NCBI GenBank assembly: GCA_016933575.1
Contig: JAFGAR010000015.1
Span: forward strand, 1-60,401
DNA from: Candidatus Thorarchaeota archaeon
GTDB lineage: Archaea > Asgardarchaeota > Thorarchaeia > Thorarchaeales > Thorarchaeaceae
DNA length: 60,401 nt
Direction: 5' to 3'
The first letter of the stretch is position 1. Each line of letters opens with the position of its first letter. Shown here in pieces: positions 26,810-37,171 of the stretch. The notes under the pieces were generated by a model that saw nothing but the letters and a program-made list of their open reading frames with translations, made no database searches and was not told the origin of the DNA. Both the position numbers and the translations under genes were made by a program.

Positions 26810-27061
26810 ATGCGAATTGAAGATTATGAATTCGAAGAGGAGAAGACGCAAAATAACTTGGCTGATTTACTCATCGAAATGGCAGAACAAATACGAGCGG
26901 GGGGAAAGCTTATGCTCCCCATGCCCACCTTAAAGGAAGGAGTACTGGAAGTACCGTTGGGAGAGCCTATTGAAACGGGGATCGAAGTCTCTCTTCGTCG
27001 TCACTTCATCCATGTCGATATAATTTTGTCTTGGAGAAGAATAAAAGAAGAGGAGGGCTAA
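26810..27061 (+). CDS. Small amphi-Trp-domain-like protein
   Basis: Amphipathic helix LADLLIEMAEQI, then beta strands ending in IILSW. Stop overlaps the next ATG. Confidence 0.6.
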   Translation: MRIEDYEFEEEKTQNNLADLLIEMAEQIRAGGKLMLPMPTLKEGVLEVPLGEPIETGIEVSLRRHFIHVDIILSWRRIKEEEG

Positions 27062-27684
27062 TGTTGACAGAGAATTACTTGGACAGATCATCTATACTCA
27101 ATCATTTTGAGGCAATTCTTGGATTCCAAGAGAAGATTGCAGAATACGTTGACAAGCGACTCTCTTTAAAGAATGAGATCTTGGATGAATCTTGGGAAGA
27201 AAAGCGGAAAGAGGCATTCAAGTTCGTAAGGACTCTTATCGATAAATATGCTTTTTCAATTGACCTTCCAAGAGATAATCTTGGAATAATGGCTCAAGCA
27301 ATTGTAACCTACCTTCTCAACATTCAACATGCCTTTCTACAGGTCTTGGTTAAGATTGATATGTTGCATCACAAAGCCTTCAATGAGATCTACATGGATT
27401 CAATGACAAATATCTCAGCTAAAGTCCATGAAATGGTAACGAATCTGAAATTGATGATTAATCATAGAGCTCAAAATAGTCAGGATGCTGAAAATGCACT
27501 CGAGTTAATCATCAAACTAGAACGGCAAATAGATGAGGATAATATAGTGATCTGCCGACAGATTTCTGTAGCCACCAATGGCGATTCTGACTTCATTTGT
27601 TATATGATGAGAAAAATCGTGTCAGATCTGGAACATATCTCAGACTTTGTAAAAGAATGTGCAGAGATTGTTGCGGAGATTTGA
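27061..27684 (+). CDS. PhoU/DUF47-like helical regulator
   Basis: LERQIDED and DLEHISDF motifs; TAATG stop-start overlap at 27059-27063. Confidence 0.65.
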   Translation: MLTENYLDRSSILNHFEAILGFQEKIAEYVDKRLSLKNEILDESWEEKRKEAFKFVRTLIDKYAFSIDLPRDNLGIMAQAIVTYLLNIQHAFLQVLVKIDMLHHKAFNEIYMDSMTNISAKVHEMVTNLKLMINHRAQNSQDAENALELIIKLERQIDEDNIVICRQISVATNGDSDFICYMMRKIVSDLEHISDFVKECAEIVAEI

Positions 27685-27690
27685 TTTTCC

Positions 27691-29430
27691 TTGATGCAAG
27701 GAGATGATCTATCAACAACAATACTAGTTCTGATTGCTGGTGTTCTAATTATAGGTGTGGCAATTGCTAAAGTTGCAGAGAGATATCGTGTTCCACATCC
27801 AATACCACTTGTCATCACTGGATTATTGATGGGAAGACTTCTTGTGTTATTAGGACCAGACGTCACATTGGTTCAGATAGCGGGCTTTGACTTCATTGCT
27901 CAAATCACTTTGGCAACGATTCTATTCTATGCGGGTCTTACTCTGAATTTGAAAAACCTTCGTCTCTCAATCGTGAATGTGTTACTATTAGCTACAGTAG
28001 GAGTTTTAGCAACCTCTCTGATTGCGGGTTTCACACTACAAGCTCTAACAGCTGCAATCTCCATACCAATAGGAATTGTAGCATTTCTTATAGGAGCAAT
28101 CCTTGCACCTACTGATCCTGCTGCCCTGTTTGCCGTCCTTGAATCAGGAGGATTGAGAGTGAAACGTAAATTGTTCTCAATTCTTGAGGGAGAAGCGGTA
28201 TTCAATGATGCTACATCAGTCATTCTCGTTATTACGGTATTTGAGCCAATAGTGATAGCTTCATTCTTCAGTACATCTAGTCAAACCAATTGGTGGCTAA
28301 TTTTTGGGGAATTTTTAGCAAGTATGGGATTGGGCGTCTTCATAGGATATGTTGTAGCTAGAATAATCAGTTACGCGATTCCAAAGGCAGGCAATGACAC
28401 AAATATTGCTATTCTAACCGCTACGACACCATTCCTTGCTTATGGTCTAGGAGAACTCTTTTCAATCTTCTTCATTCATCCTGGCGCTTTAGCCGCGGTT
28501 TTTGCAGGAATCTTTATTGCCAATTACCGAGGAGTCAATCTAACACCTCTACCTCAACGTTCAATGAGAGGAGTCATGAAGAATGTATCATTTTTCTTCG
28601 AAATTATGGTCTTCATACTTCTCGGGTATACACTAAGTGTTCCACTCATTGAGGGAGATCCATTAACTGAACCAATTGCATTCATATTTGCAAATCCAGG
28701 AGTTATTACTCTTGGTTTCATTACGGCATTATTGGCAATTTTCGTTGCACGGCCAATCTCAGTCTTCCTCATTACTGCTAGCGATAGAGCACTAGGATTC
28801 AGAGACAGATTCTTTATTAGTTGGGCGGGGATAAAAGGTGTTGCCAGTGCGGCTCTCGCAGCAATTTCAGTCACAGTTATAATACAATATTCACATAATT
28901 TGGTCGGACAAGCAAGAATTGACTATGTGGCTGCTATTTCACCAATTGTACCTGCCATCTATGCTATTGTGTTTACTGTCTTAATATTCAGCCTTGTTGT
29001 TCAGGGGCTATCTACAGGTTATTTAGCTACTAAATTGGGCTTAATTGAAAAGCAGGATAAAGCAAAGGAGATTACGGTACATCGCGATGCTACACGACAG
29101 GCTTTGCTTCACCTCGTTGACGAATACACCGAAGGCAAACTGGACACGGAAATATATAGCCGTTTGAAAGCAGAACTCGAAGAAGAAATATTTACTCTAG
29201 AAGACGAGTTAAGAATAGTGGTTTCTGAGAGAAGAGCAAGAGTTCAAGAATTAAGCGCACGGGAACAGATATTCAGAAACAAGCTTGAGCATTATAAAAT
29301 GGAGTTCGAAGCTGGTAAGATTTCAGATGGAGTTTACCAGGATTTAAGAAGCAATCTTGAGTCTGAAATTGAGGAAGTCAACAATAGAATAAGAACTCAA
29401 GAAGAACGAATCATTCTTGAAAATGGTTAG
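27691..29430 (+). CDS. CPA1 (NhaP-type) cation/H+ antiporter with coiled-coil tail
   Basis: APTDPAA, EGEAVFND, ARP, WAGIKG, VVQGLS. Confidence 0.9.
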   Translation: MMQGDDLSTTILVLIAGVLIIGVAIAKVAERYRVPHPIPLVITGLLMGRLLVLLGPDVTLVQIAGFDFIAQITLATILFYAGLTLNLKNLRLSIVNVLLLATVGVLATSLIAGFTLQALTAAISIPIGIVAFLIGAILAPTDPAALFAVLESGGLRVKRKLFSILEGEAVFNDATSVILVITVFEPIVIASFFSTSSQTNWWLIFGEFLASMGLGVFIGYVVARIISYAIPKAGNDTNIAILTATTPFLAYGLGELFSIFFIHPGALAAVFAGIFIANYRGVNLTPLPQRSMRGVMKNVSFFFEIMVFILLGYTLSVPLIEGDPLTEPIAFIFANPGVITLGFITALLAIFVARPISVFLITASDRALGFRDRFFISWAGIKGVASAALAAISVTVIIQYSHNLVGQARIDYVAAISPIVPAIYAIVFTVLIFSLVVQGLSTGYLATKLGLIEKQDKAKEITVHRDATRQALLHLVDEYTEGKLDTEIYSRLKAELEEEIFTLEDELRIVVSERRARVQELSAREQIFRNKLEHYKMEFEAGKISDGVYQDLRSNLESEIEEVNNRIRTQEERIILENG

Positions 29431-29511
29431 AATAATCAGAGAATTGATGCAAATCATGTCTTTTATATTAGATAGAAGATTCTATCCAATCAGGTTTCCG
29501 AAGGTGAGATT

Positions 29512-32358
29512 ATGACCCAAAAAAAGCATGATGTGACAGAGGAATTTATTGACTACAACGATTGTCTTCTAAGTCTTGGTACTAATCCAGAAGGGCTCAG
29601 CACTACTGAGGTTAAAGAGAGAATCGAAGAATTTGGTTCAAATACTCTCACCTTAGAGCAAGGTGATAGTCCATTAATCATGTTTCTTAGGCAGTTTAAG
29701 TCGCCACTTGTATATGTTCTGATTCTAGCTGCAACGGTTTCGTTACTCGGAAATCATATCGAAGATACTATTGTGATTGCAGTTATTCTTTTGATCAACT
29801 CGACAATTGGTTTTATCCAAGAATGGAGAGCTGAGAAAACAATCGAGTCAGTTAAGAAACTAATAGAAGAAAAATCGATTGTCATTCGAAATGGTGATGA
29901 GTTAGAGATATCATCATCTGAGATCGTACCGGGAGATATCTTACTACTGAGAGCAGGTGAAAAAATACCCGCTGATGCGAGAGTTATTTTTGAGAGGAAT
30001 CTTCATGTTGACGAGAGTCTCTTGACTGGCGAATCCTTGCCTGTGAAGAAAGATGTCACCTGTCTAATTGAAAAGCCTCATTATTATGAAGAATCTAACA
30101 AAGTGTTTGCAGGGTCCTTTGTAACTCAGGGCAGAGCAAGAGTGCTAGTTGAGAAGACTGGCGACCGTACCGTATTAGGAGAAATTAACAAGGAATTACA
30201 GGATGTAAAGAAAGAACCTACAACAATCGAGATTAGATTGAAAAGGTTGAGTATTTTTTTCATTACTCTTGCATTCACTTTTCTGATTGCTACACTACTT
30301 CTTGGATTCTATCGACAAATAGACACCTACGATTTAATTCTATTTTCGCTCTCATCTCTTGTATCATCAATTCCTGAAGGACTCGTTGCTGTTATCACGA
30401 TAGTACTCTCAGTTGGTGTTTACAGATTATCACGTAAGAACGTCATAGTACGAAATCTTAGTGTTGTAGAAACACTTGGTCTTGTCAATGTCATCTGTTC
30501 TGACAAGACAGGAACTCTAACAAGAAATCAGATGATGGTTCGAAGGTTATTCACACCTTCTCATTATTTTGAGGTGAGTGGAGTTGGTTTTGATGTTGAT
30601 AGTGGAGGAATTTTCATTCAAGGTTGCGGACCAGCGGGATGCCTTCGCTCAAGTAAAACACATGAGAAGGCGGATTCAAGTCAGGGAGCGGTCTTGAAGG
30701 AACCTGTTCACAAAGAAAACCTTCAGCAATTTCCAGACCTCGAGAAGCTTTTGTCATATCTCGCTCTATGCAATGATTCAGAGTTATACATGGAGTGCCT
30801 AGATGAGAGTGACCCAATCAGGAAGTGTACGGGAGAGAATCGATTGTGGAAAATTCGCGGTTCGCCCACTGAAGCTGCGCTGTTGGTTGCATTGGAAAAA
30901 ACCGGTCTGCACAGATATGTTCTTGATGAAGTATGGTCAAGGGTCTCAGAGATTCCCTTCACTAGTGACAGAAAGTATATGGCCACACTTCATCAACCAA
31001 GCCAAGCAATCAAAGAGGGAGATCCATTCCTGTCAAGTCACAACTCAAATCTCATGATTGTGAAGGGAGCCCCAGAGAGACTTGAATCTTTTCTCAAACA
31101 ACCATCTCAGACGAATGAAATAGTCAGTGAATTTGCGTCACAAGGACTACGAGTTCTTGCCTGTGCAGTGAAGCATCTTCCAAGAGACCGGCTTCAGATA
31201 ACTGAAGCAGATCTAACAAATATGGACTTTGTAGGACTTTGTGGAATCAATGATCCTCCTCGTGATGGAGTTACTGATTATATTAAGAAATGTGAACGAG
31301 CAGGTATTGAAGTCATAATGGTAACGGGTGACAACGAATTTACTGCCAAGGCTATCGGCGAGGAAGTAGGAATATACAAACCGCAACGAGGCGATATTAG
31401 CCTTGTAGGAGATAACATTGATGCAATGGATGATGATGAACTTCAAAGATCACTAGAGCAACGTGCTAACATACTTGCTCGTACTAGCCCGATTCATAAA
31501 CTAAGAATTGTGAAAGCTTTTCAAAATTTGGGAAAGATTGTTAGTATGACAGGAGACGGAGTGAACGATTCGCCAGCACTTCGCCAAGCAAATGTAGGAA
31601 TAGCAATGGGCATAACAGGGACTGATATTGCAAAGGAAGCTGCAGACATTGTTCTTCAAGAGGAAAAATTTGAGTCCGTAGTAGATGGTATCGAAGAAGG
31701 AAGGCATATTCTCAATACCTTCAGAAGGGTTGTCCTATTCCTAACCTCTACGAACTTTGCAGAGAGTTTCGTAATCTTAGCAACACTCTTACTCTTTGTG
31801 GATCCTGTTTTATTATTGCCCCTTCAAATCCTCTGGGTCAATCTTGTAACAGATGGAATGTTGGATATCGCAATATCCCTCGAACCAAAAGAGAAGGGCT
31901 TGCTCGACAGGCCGCCAACATCAATGGCGGAGAAAGTACTGTCAAGACAGACTCTCTCAAGAGCATTATTCTATGGCACTAGTATGGCAATAATTGTCAT
32001 GATAGTGTACTTCTTATATCTAGGTCAAGGAACAAAGCTTCGAACAATGCTTTTTGTCACCTTGATAGTGGCTCAATGGTTTAGTGCTCAGAACTGCAGG
32101 TCGCCAACAAAATCAGCATTTGATTTGGGGATATTCAAAAATAGAGTTCTGTGGATTGTCTATATAATTGATATAATGCTTGTAGCAGTCCTCTTTCTAT
32201 TACCACCTTTGACCGCTTTGTTCGAACTCACAATGATAGATCCGCAAGAATGGATCTTTGTATTCCTACTCTCATCACTCGTATTCATTGTGGAAGAGAT
32301 TCGAAAGAAACTCGCAACAAAAATGCAGAGTAAGATGTTACCAGAGTATCCTCCCTGA
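29512..32358 (+). CDS. Type II P-type cation-transporting ATPase
   Basis: TGES, IPEGL, DKTGTLT, KGAPE, DPPR, TGDN, GDGVND. Confidence 0.96.
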   Translation: MTQKKHDVTEEFIDYNDCLLSLGTNPEGLSTTEVKERIEEFGSNTLTLEQGDSPLIMFLRQFKSPLVYVLILAATVSLLGNHIEDTIVIAVILLINSTIGFIQEWRAEKTIESVKKLIEEKSIVIRNGDELEISSSEIVPGDILLLRAGEKIPADARVIFERNLHVDESLLTGESLPVKKDVTCLIEKPHYYEESNKVFAGSFVTQGRARVLVEKTGDRTVLGEINKELQDVKKEPTTIEIRLKRLSIFFITLAFTFLIATLLLGFYRQIDTYDLILFSLSSLVSSIPEGLVAVITIVLSVGVYRLSRKNVIVRNLSVVETLGLVNVICSDKTGTLTRNQMMVRRLFTPSHYFEVSGVGFDVDSGGIFIQGCGPAGCLRSSKTHEKADSSQGAVLKEPVHKENLQQFPDLEKLLSYLALCNDSELYMECLDESDPIRKCTGENRLWKIRGSPTEAALLVALEKTGLHRYVLDEVWSRVSEIPFTSDRKYMATLHQPSQAIKEGDPFLSSHNSNLMIVKGAPERLESFLKQPSQTNEIVSEFASQGLRVLACAVKHLPRDRLQITEADLTNMDFVGLCGINDPPRDGVTDYIKKCERAGIEVIMVTGDNEFTAKAIGEEVGIYKPQRGDISLVGDNIDAMDDDELQRSLEQRANILARTSPIHKLRIVKAFQNLGKIVSMTGDGVNDSPALRQANVGIAMGITGTDIAKEAADIVLQEEKFESVVDGIEEGRHILNTFRRVVLFLTSTNFAESFVILATLLLFVDPVLLLPLQILWVNLVTDGMLDIAISLEPKEKGLLDRPPTSMAEKVLSRQTLSRALFYGTSMAIIVMIVYFLYLGQGTKLRTMLFVTLIVAQWFSAQNCRSPTKSAFDLGIFKNRVLWIVYIIDIMLVAVLFLLPPLTALFELTMIDPQEWIFVFLLSSLVFIVEEIRKKLATKMQSKMLPEYPP

Positions 32359-32365
32359 TATAGAC

Positions 32366-32956
32366 TCAGATTGTTGAGGCATCGGAAGGTTGTCTGCATT
32401 GTTCCTTTATATCAGTACGTCCAATTATCAGTCTTACAAGACCATTCGCAAGCAATGATATTACTAAGAAGATTATCAACGCCTCGAATCCAACATTCGG
32501 AAAGATGAACACAAAAGCTGCTAGGTTGATTGTCAATATACCAGCAAGTACCTGTAACATCTGCACCCAAAGTGCGATGTCTCCAATGAGAAAACCAAGA
32601 ACCATTCTAGAAAACCCAACAAGAATCATTGCTGATGCGGGAAAAATGATTAGAGATTCGGGTGGAAGAGTATAGAGAATGAAATCCACAAGAGAGAGGA
32701 TAATTGCTGAAATCCCGGTTATAATCATAAAGACTCTAGCATAGGTATTTGAATGCATAATGTATACGCCCCAAACTACCCATGCTACTCCAGTAAGCAG
32801 TAAGCCTATCGACAGAATCTCTAGGGCATAGGTAAAGCTAAAAGCCAATTCTAGCACAGCTGCCAATGCTACAGTAATTACAATGACCCCGGTGAAATCA
32901 TCAAGTAATCTAATCCAACTTGGGTAGCTAGAGCCGCTCATGAGAGTCACTGTCAT
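32366..32956 (-). CDS. HdeD/DUF308-like membrane protein
   Basis: 6 TM helices in three hairpin repeats. Confidence 0.65.
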   Translation of the reverse strand: MTVTLMSGSSYPSWIRLLDDFTGVIVITVALAAVLELAFSFTYALEILSIGLLLTGVAWVVWGVYIMHSNTYARVFMIITGISAIILSLVDFILYTLPPESLIIFPASAMILVGFSRMVLGFLIGDIALWVQMLQVLAGILTINLAAFVFIFPNVGFEALIIFLVISLLANGLVRLIIGRTDIKEQCRQPSDASTI

Positions 32957-33227
32957 GATGAGGAAAGTTATCTCTTTCGGTCTTACCGTTCATTGTAAGT
33001 TGTACAATCTTGGACACCTGAGTGTTGTACCCCCAGGGAACGGCACTGGGTGGACTCTGTGAGGTCAGAGATGTGTTGTTTCGATCTCATGCTTGAGTCA
33101 TCGGACTGGACTATAAAAGGTCCACTATGATCTCTCAAAGACTCATCTACGAGATGTCTAACATTGTCTAAGATTTCAGCAGCTGTTCACAACCCAATAA
33201 ATCTAGAAGAAAATTAGCCTCAATCTC

Positions 33228-33884
33228 TCACAATTGTACCTTCTTATAGGTTTCAGGTAGTCTTAAGCCTGTCTTTCCAGAGAAGACATCTCGTAGGAGT
33301 TCAATATGCTCATCGAGATCCTTCAAGAGCTTATCTCGTGCACTACCTTCAATGTTAGGTTCAACCATCCAGATTGTCAGGTAATTACTGACTACGCCAA
33401 TCTCAATTGCACCTTCTTCAAAATCGCGGAAGATCGTGAGCTTAACGAGAAACTCTGACTCGTACATATTGAGAATATCACGTACACTGATCATAATGAG
33501 ATCCAGAAATCCGATTAGGTCTTCCAACTCAGGAGATTCTGAGAGATCGCCTCGCATAGTCTCTGTAAGTGTCTGTATCGTTGATGCAGTATGTCTAAGA
33601 TTCTCAAACATGTGCATCAGTTTGGTGAATTCACGAATTGAGGTTTCTAAGGCTGGCACTAATCGATCGTAGAGATTGACAAGTAGTATTCCTTTGGAAT
33701 TTTCTCGAATGTTTTGAAAACCATCTAACTTACCAAGAGGACCATCCAGATGCTCAATCTGCATGATAGTGTTTGTCACCGCTTGAATTGCTTTTGCAGA
33801 TTTCCGCTGAATGTTTGCCCACTTCTCCACGAAAGTATCAAGACCTTCGCGAAGGTCGTCGAGGGATTCCAAGTATTGAGCCAA
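33228..33884 (-). CDS. Helical protein resembling the eukaryotic CINP / C1orf109 (AIRIM) family
   Basis: KWANIQ near the N-terminus and C-terminal MYESEFLVKLTI...YLTIWMVEPNIE. Resemblance recognised from memory. Confidence 0.55.
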   Translation of the reverse strand: MAQYLESLDDLREGLDTFVEKWANIQRKSAKAIQAVTNTIMQIEHLDGPLGKLDGFQNIRENSKGILLVNLYDRLVPALETSIREFTKLMHMFENLRHTASTIQTLTETMRGDLSESPELEDLIGFLDLIMISVRDILNMYESEFLVKLTIFRDFEEGAIEIGVVSNYLTIWMVEPNIEGSARDKLLKDLDEHIELLRDVFSGKTGLRLPETYKKVQL

Positions 33885-33984
33885 GTCGTATTTCTACTCC
33901 GATAATCATCTTATTTTCAGTCCATATAAGAGATTCTGAGAGGACACATTCCACAAAAAATTGCATTGTATTCTTTTCTGTTAC

Positions 33985-36441
33985 TCATGAGAGCCCCCTT
34001 GTATCCACACGACCTCTTGCTCTTCCGAGAACCAGTCTAAGGGCATTGATGCCCCCAGTCGTTAATCCGATTACATCACCAGAGAAGAGGGCCAGAAGAA
34101 CCTTAGCAGCTTTTGCTGGTGCATCGGTTCTATGTTGAATTTCATCCACTCGTTTTGAAAAGATGTTCATTAGGTTATCAAGTGTACCCCGTTCTACAAT
34201 ACCCTCCTCTTCTAATGCTTTGAGGAGATTCCCCCCAACATGTCCTTCCTTGCTAAATCGAAGAACTGTATCAAGAGCTAACTTTGATTCCTCATCTTCT
34301 TGAGACTTAGATAAGAGATCAACAAATGCAGAAGTCGTATTTTCTACTGTATCTAGGAGGTCAAGGAGTTGAATCTTCTGAAGAGGTGTAAGATTCGATT
34401 TCAATGTCGCATCAATTGAACTTTCAATATCTCCAAAATCCACGAAAGAGAGGTCCTTCCCACTCAGACTACTCTCACCCTTATCGCTTCCAAAGATTTT
34501 TTCGCAGAATCTCTTAGAATCCAAGAGAGAGAGAGTATCATCTATTATCTGATTGATGTTGGTTCGGTCGCCCATTATTCTTTCAGTCTTCAAATCCTCT
34601 AGAAATGACCTGAAATTGGGAATAAACATTCTAAGTTCGAGGAGGAGCCTAGTTGCGCTCTTTCTTATACTGTGTTCAAACTCAATATTTTCTGAAGTGT
34701 GTTTTAGGATTAGAGAGGAATACTCTATTGGAACGCGCCAAGTTTCCTCAGCCTTGGTATCAATCACCTTAGAGAGTATCACAGATTTGACGGATGATAA
34801 CAAATAGGATTGGAGAGTATCATCGAGCTGTTTCTTTGTCTTTCCAGATTCTCGTTCTAGTATAGATCCTGCATTAAGAAGTAAAAGAAGATCGAACTCA
34901 GTGGGTTTACAAATACCTTCTGCAATTAATTGAAGCCCATCTATGATGATTTCACTCTGTTCAGCTGATAGTCCACTATTGAACACTAATTGGCCTAATG
35001 GGGTCAGCGAAACATCACCTTTCTTACTTTTTTCAACAAGTGGGTAAATTCCTTTTGAGAGATTCTTTATTGAAAGTTCTGTGGAACCCTTCTTGAACAG
35101 AAGCCCAAGTCTATCAGAGATCTTCTTGCGATCAGACTCGGTCCTCAAGAGACCTAGGCCAATCATTCCAAGAAGAAGTCTGGTGAGGTTGTTATCACTC
35201 AGAAAACGAATTGGTAGTTTTGGACTGAAGTAAACACGATTAAGAGCCTCTTCATCTTCTATTGTTTTTGTGAATACTGTGCACGTTCCAGGTTTTCCAT
35301 GACCTCGTCTTAGTCGGACCGCTCTTGCCATCATCGATTGTCTGAAAATCTCATCAATACCAGGTGATTCCATCACTACATGAGAAACCGGAGTATTGAC
35401 ACCGTATGCCAGAGCTTCAGTACCAAAGAGGAAACGAAGATGTTTCCTTCTAAAAGCCCACTCAACAAACCAACGATGTTCCTCATCGAGTTGGCCATGA
35501 TAACAACCAATTCCTCGTGTGATGAACTCTGAGTGAGGATAATCCAATTCGTCCAAGATTTTTGCAACTTTTTCCAAGCGTGAACGTACCAAAGGATCAA
35601 GATCGTAAGTCACAAATTCAGTGATATCATCACCTTTCTCCACGAGCATTTTCTCAATATTACTAATTATCTTCATGTAGACGAGAGTTCTCTGGCCCTG
35701 TTCTGCAAGTTCTTCGAGAAGCTCTGCAAGTTTCTGATCTTTTTCTCCAGTTGATTTGTATTTCACAAGATTGATAGTAGGTGGTTGATAGTCTGTTGTG
35801 TCCTGAATCAATTTCACACCAAATAACTTCTCAAGCCGTTGTGGTTCATCAAACACTGCAGAGAGGAAGAGTACACGTGGCCTTGGACTAACACATATCC
35901 GGAAGAAATCGGATAGCTCCAAAAGCATTGAACCGCGAGCTGGGTCATGAAGAATTGAATGAACATCATCAAAGACAATAGTCAGGATTTTTTTACTTAA
36001 CAACCAATCTCTTGACTCTTCCATTCGGATAATATCTTGAAGAGCTCCGGGAGTGGCGATGATAACATTTGGTGCTAGACCCTTTGATAGCCGAACAATA
36101 ATCTCACTCTGACGGACTTCGCCAATTAATACCAATGGTCGCAAGAACCATCCAAATAATTGAGACACTAAATTCGAGGTCTCTCGTGCAGAGGCATGGA
36201 ATGGAGCTACGATAATGGAAAGGGCAGAAGTATCTGGTTCAGCACTGATACACTTGAACATCTCATTAGCTACAAGTAATGTTCCTGCAAAGCTCTTACC
36301 AGTACGACTCTGTGAAACCAGTGCATAGTCCCCAGGTTTGGTGTACAAGCCACCCTTTGCGGCTGCTTTTTGTACCTCATTGAATTCTAAGACTCCAAGT
36401 GCACGAATCACTCGAGCAATGTCTGGATGCAAACGTTTCAA
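33985..36441 (-). CDS. Divergent Ski2/Hel308-like SF2 helicase
   Basis: SQSRTGKS, FDDVH, FLSAV, YHGQL, TEALAYGVNTP, MMARAVR, winged-helix LTPLG. Confidence 0.85.
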   Translation of the reverse strand: MKRLHPDIARVIRALGVLEFNEVQKAAAKGGLYTKPGDYALVSQSRTGKSFAGTLLVANEMFKCISAEPDTSALSIIVAPFHASARETSNLVSQLFGWFLRPLVLIGEVRQSEIIVRLSKGLAPNVIIATPGALQDIIRMEESRDWLLSKKILTIVFDDVHSILHDPARGSMLLELSDFFRICVSPRPRVLFLSAVFDEPQRLEKLFGVKLIQDTTDYQPPTINLVKYKSTGEKDQKLAELLEELAEQGQRTLVYMKIISNIEKMLVEKGDDITEFVTYDLDPLVRSRLEKVAKILDELDYPHSEFITRGIGCYHGQLDEEHRWFVEWAFRRKHLRFLFGTEALAYGVNTPVSHVVMESPGIDEIFRQSMMARAVRLRRGHGKPGTCTVFTKTIEDEEALNRVYFSPKLPIRFLSDNNLTRLLLGMIGLGLLRTESDRKKISDRLGLLFKKGSTELSIKNLSKGIYPLVEKSKKGDVSLTPLGQLVFNSGLSAEQSEIIIDGLQLIAEGICKPTEFDLLLLLNAGSILERESGKTKKQLDDTLQSYLLSSVKSVILSKVIDTKAEETWRVPIEYSSLILKHTSENIEFEHSIRKSATRLLLELRMFIPNFRSFLEDLKTERIMGDRTNINQIIDDTLSLLDSKRFCEKIFGSDKGESSLSGKDLSFVDFGDIESSIDATLKSNLTPLQKIQLLDLLDTVENTTSAFVDLLSKSQEDEESKLALDTVLRFSKEGHVGGNLLKALEEEGIVERGTLDNLMNIFSKRVDEIQHRTDAPAKAAKVLLALFSGDVIGLTTGGINALRLVLGRARGRVDTRGLS

Positions 36442-36517
36442 GGTGTGCGCGTCCTCCTAATACGGTCAGGTCTTCGATACACACCTCCAAATAAACCATG
36501 AGGGTCAAACAGAAAGT

Positions 36518-37057
36518 CTAGGTCAGTTTGAGGAGATCGGACCTTGTTATAATTCCACGAATCCTTCCTTGGTTGTGGACCAGAATTGCTTGGTAGGTCT
36601 CAAAGAGAGGAGTAATAACATCCACTGGAGTGGTCTCATCAATAATTGGAACACCTTCAGGACTCATCACCGCCTGAACTGAGAGTTCGTTCATATCATG
36701 CTGAAGATTTCTAATGATATCCCGCTCAGTCACCATACCAATCATCTGAGTTCCACGAAGAACTGGTATCTGTGAATACTTGTAACGGTGCATCATCTTT
36801 ACTGCCTGAGAAGCAGGATCACGTGCATCAATTGTCTTCGGGTCCTGTGTCATAATATCTGCACAGGTCTTCTTCCTACGACTTGTGAGAACACCGATGA
36901 TCTTGTTCACTATTGAGAGTTTCGGATCTAATGAACCTCGTTCCAATCGTGCGATGTAGGATTGTGATACACCTACTTCTAATGCTAGCTCAGTCTGAGT
37001 CATACCAGTTTCACGACGCAGATTCTGCAAGCTCTCGGAAGTAATCATAAGCTTCAT
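36518..37057 (-). CDS. XRE-type HTH plus CBS-pair transcriptional regulator
   Basis: MTQTELALEVGVSQSYIARLERG; YSQIPV and GIITRSDLL. Confidence 0.93.
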   Translation of the reverse strand: MKLMITSESLQNLRRETGMTQTELALEVGVSQSYIARLERGSLDPKLSIVNKIIGVLTSRRKKTCADIMTQDPKTIDARDPASQAVKMMHRYKYSQIPVLRGTQMIGMVTERDIIRNLQHDMNELSVQAVMSPEGVPIIDETTPVDVITPLFETYQAILVHNQGRIRGIITRSDLLKLT

Positions 37058-37063
37058 GAACCA

Positions 37064-37110
37064 TATTACCCTTGGTAATAAAAATGTATTGAATATTACT
37101 ACTAGGAATG
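37064..37110. promoter_or_regulatory. Candidate operator: perfect 7-3-7 palindrome plus a degenerate copy in the divergent promoter
   Basis: TATTACC-ctt-GGTAATA at 37064..37080; TATTACT-act-AGGAATG at 37094..37110. Confidence 0.5.
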
Positions 37111-37171
37111 ACTTATGAAAAGCTATTTATGGAGCGATTTTCGCGCTCGTTGGAAAGAAGAGTTGGTCATT

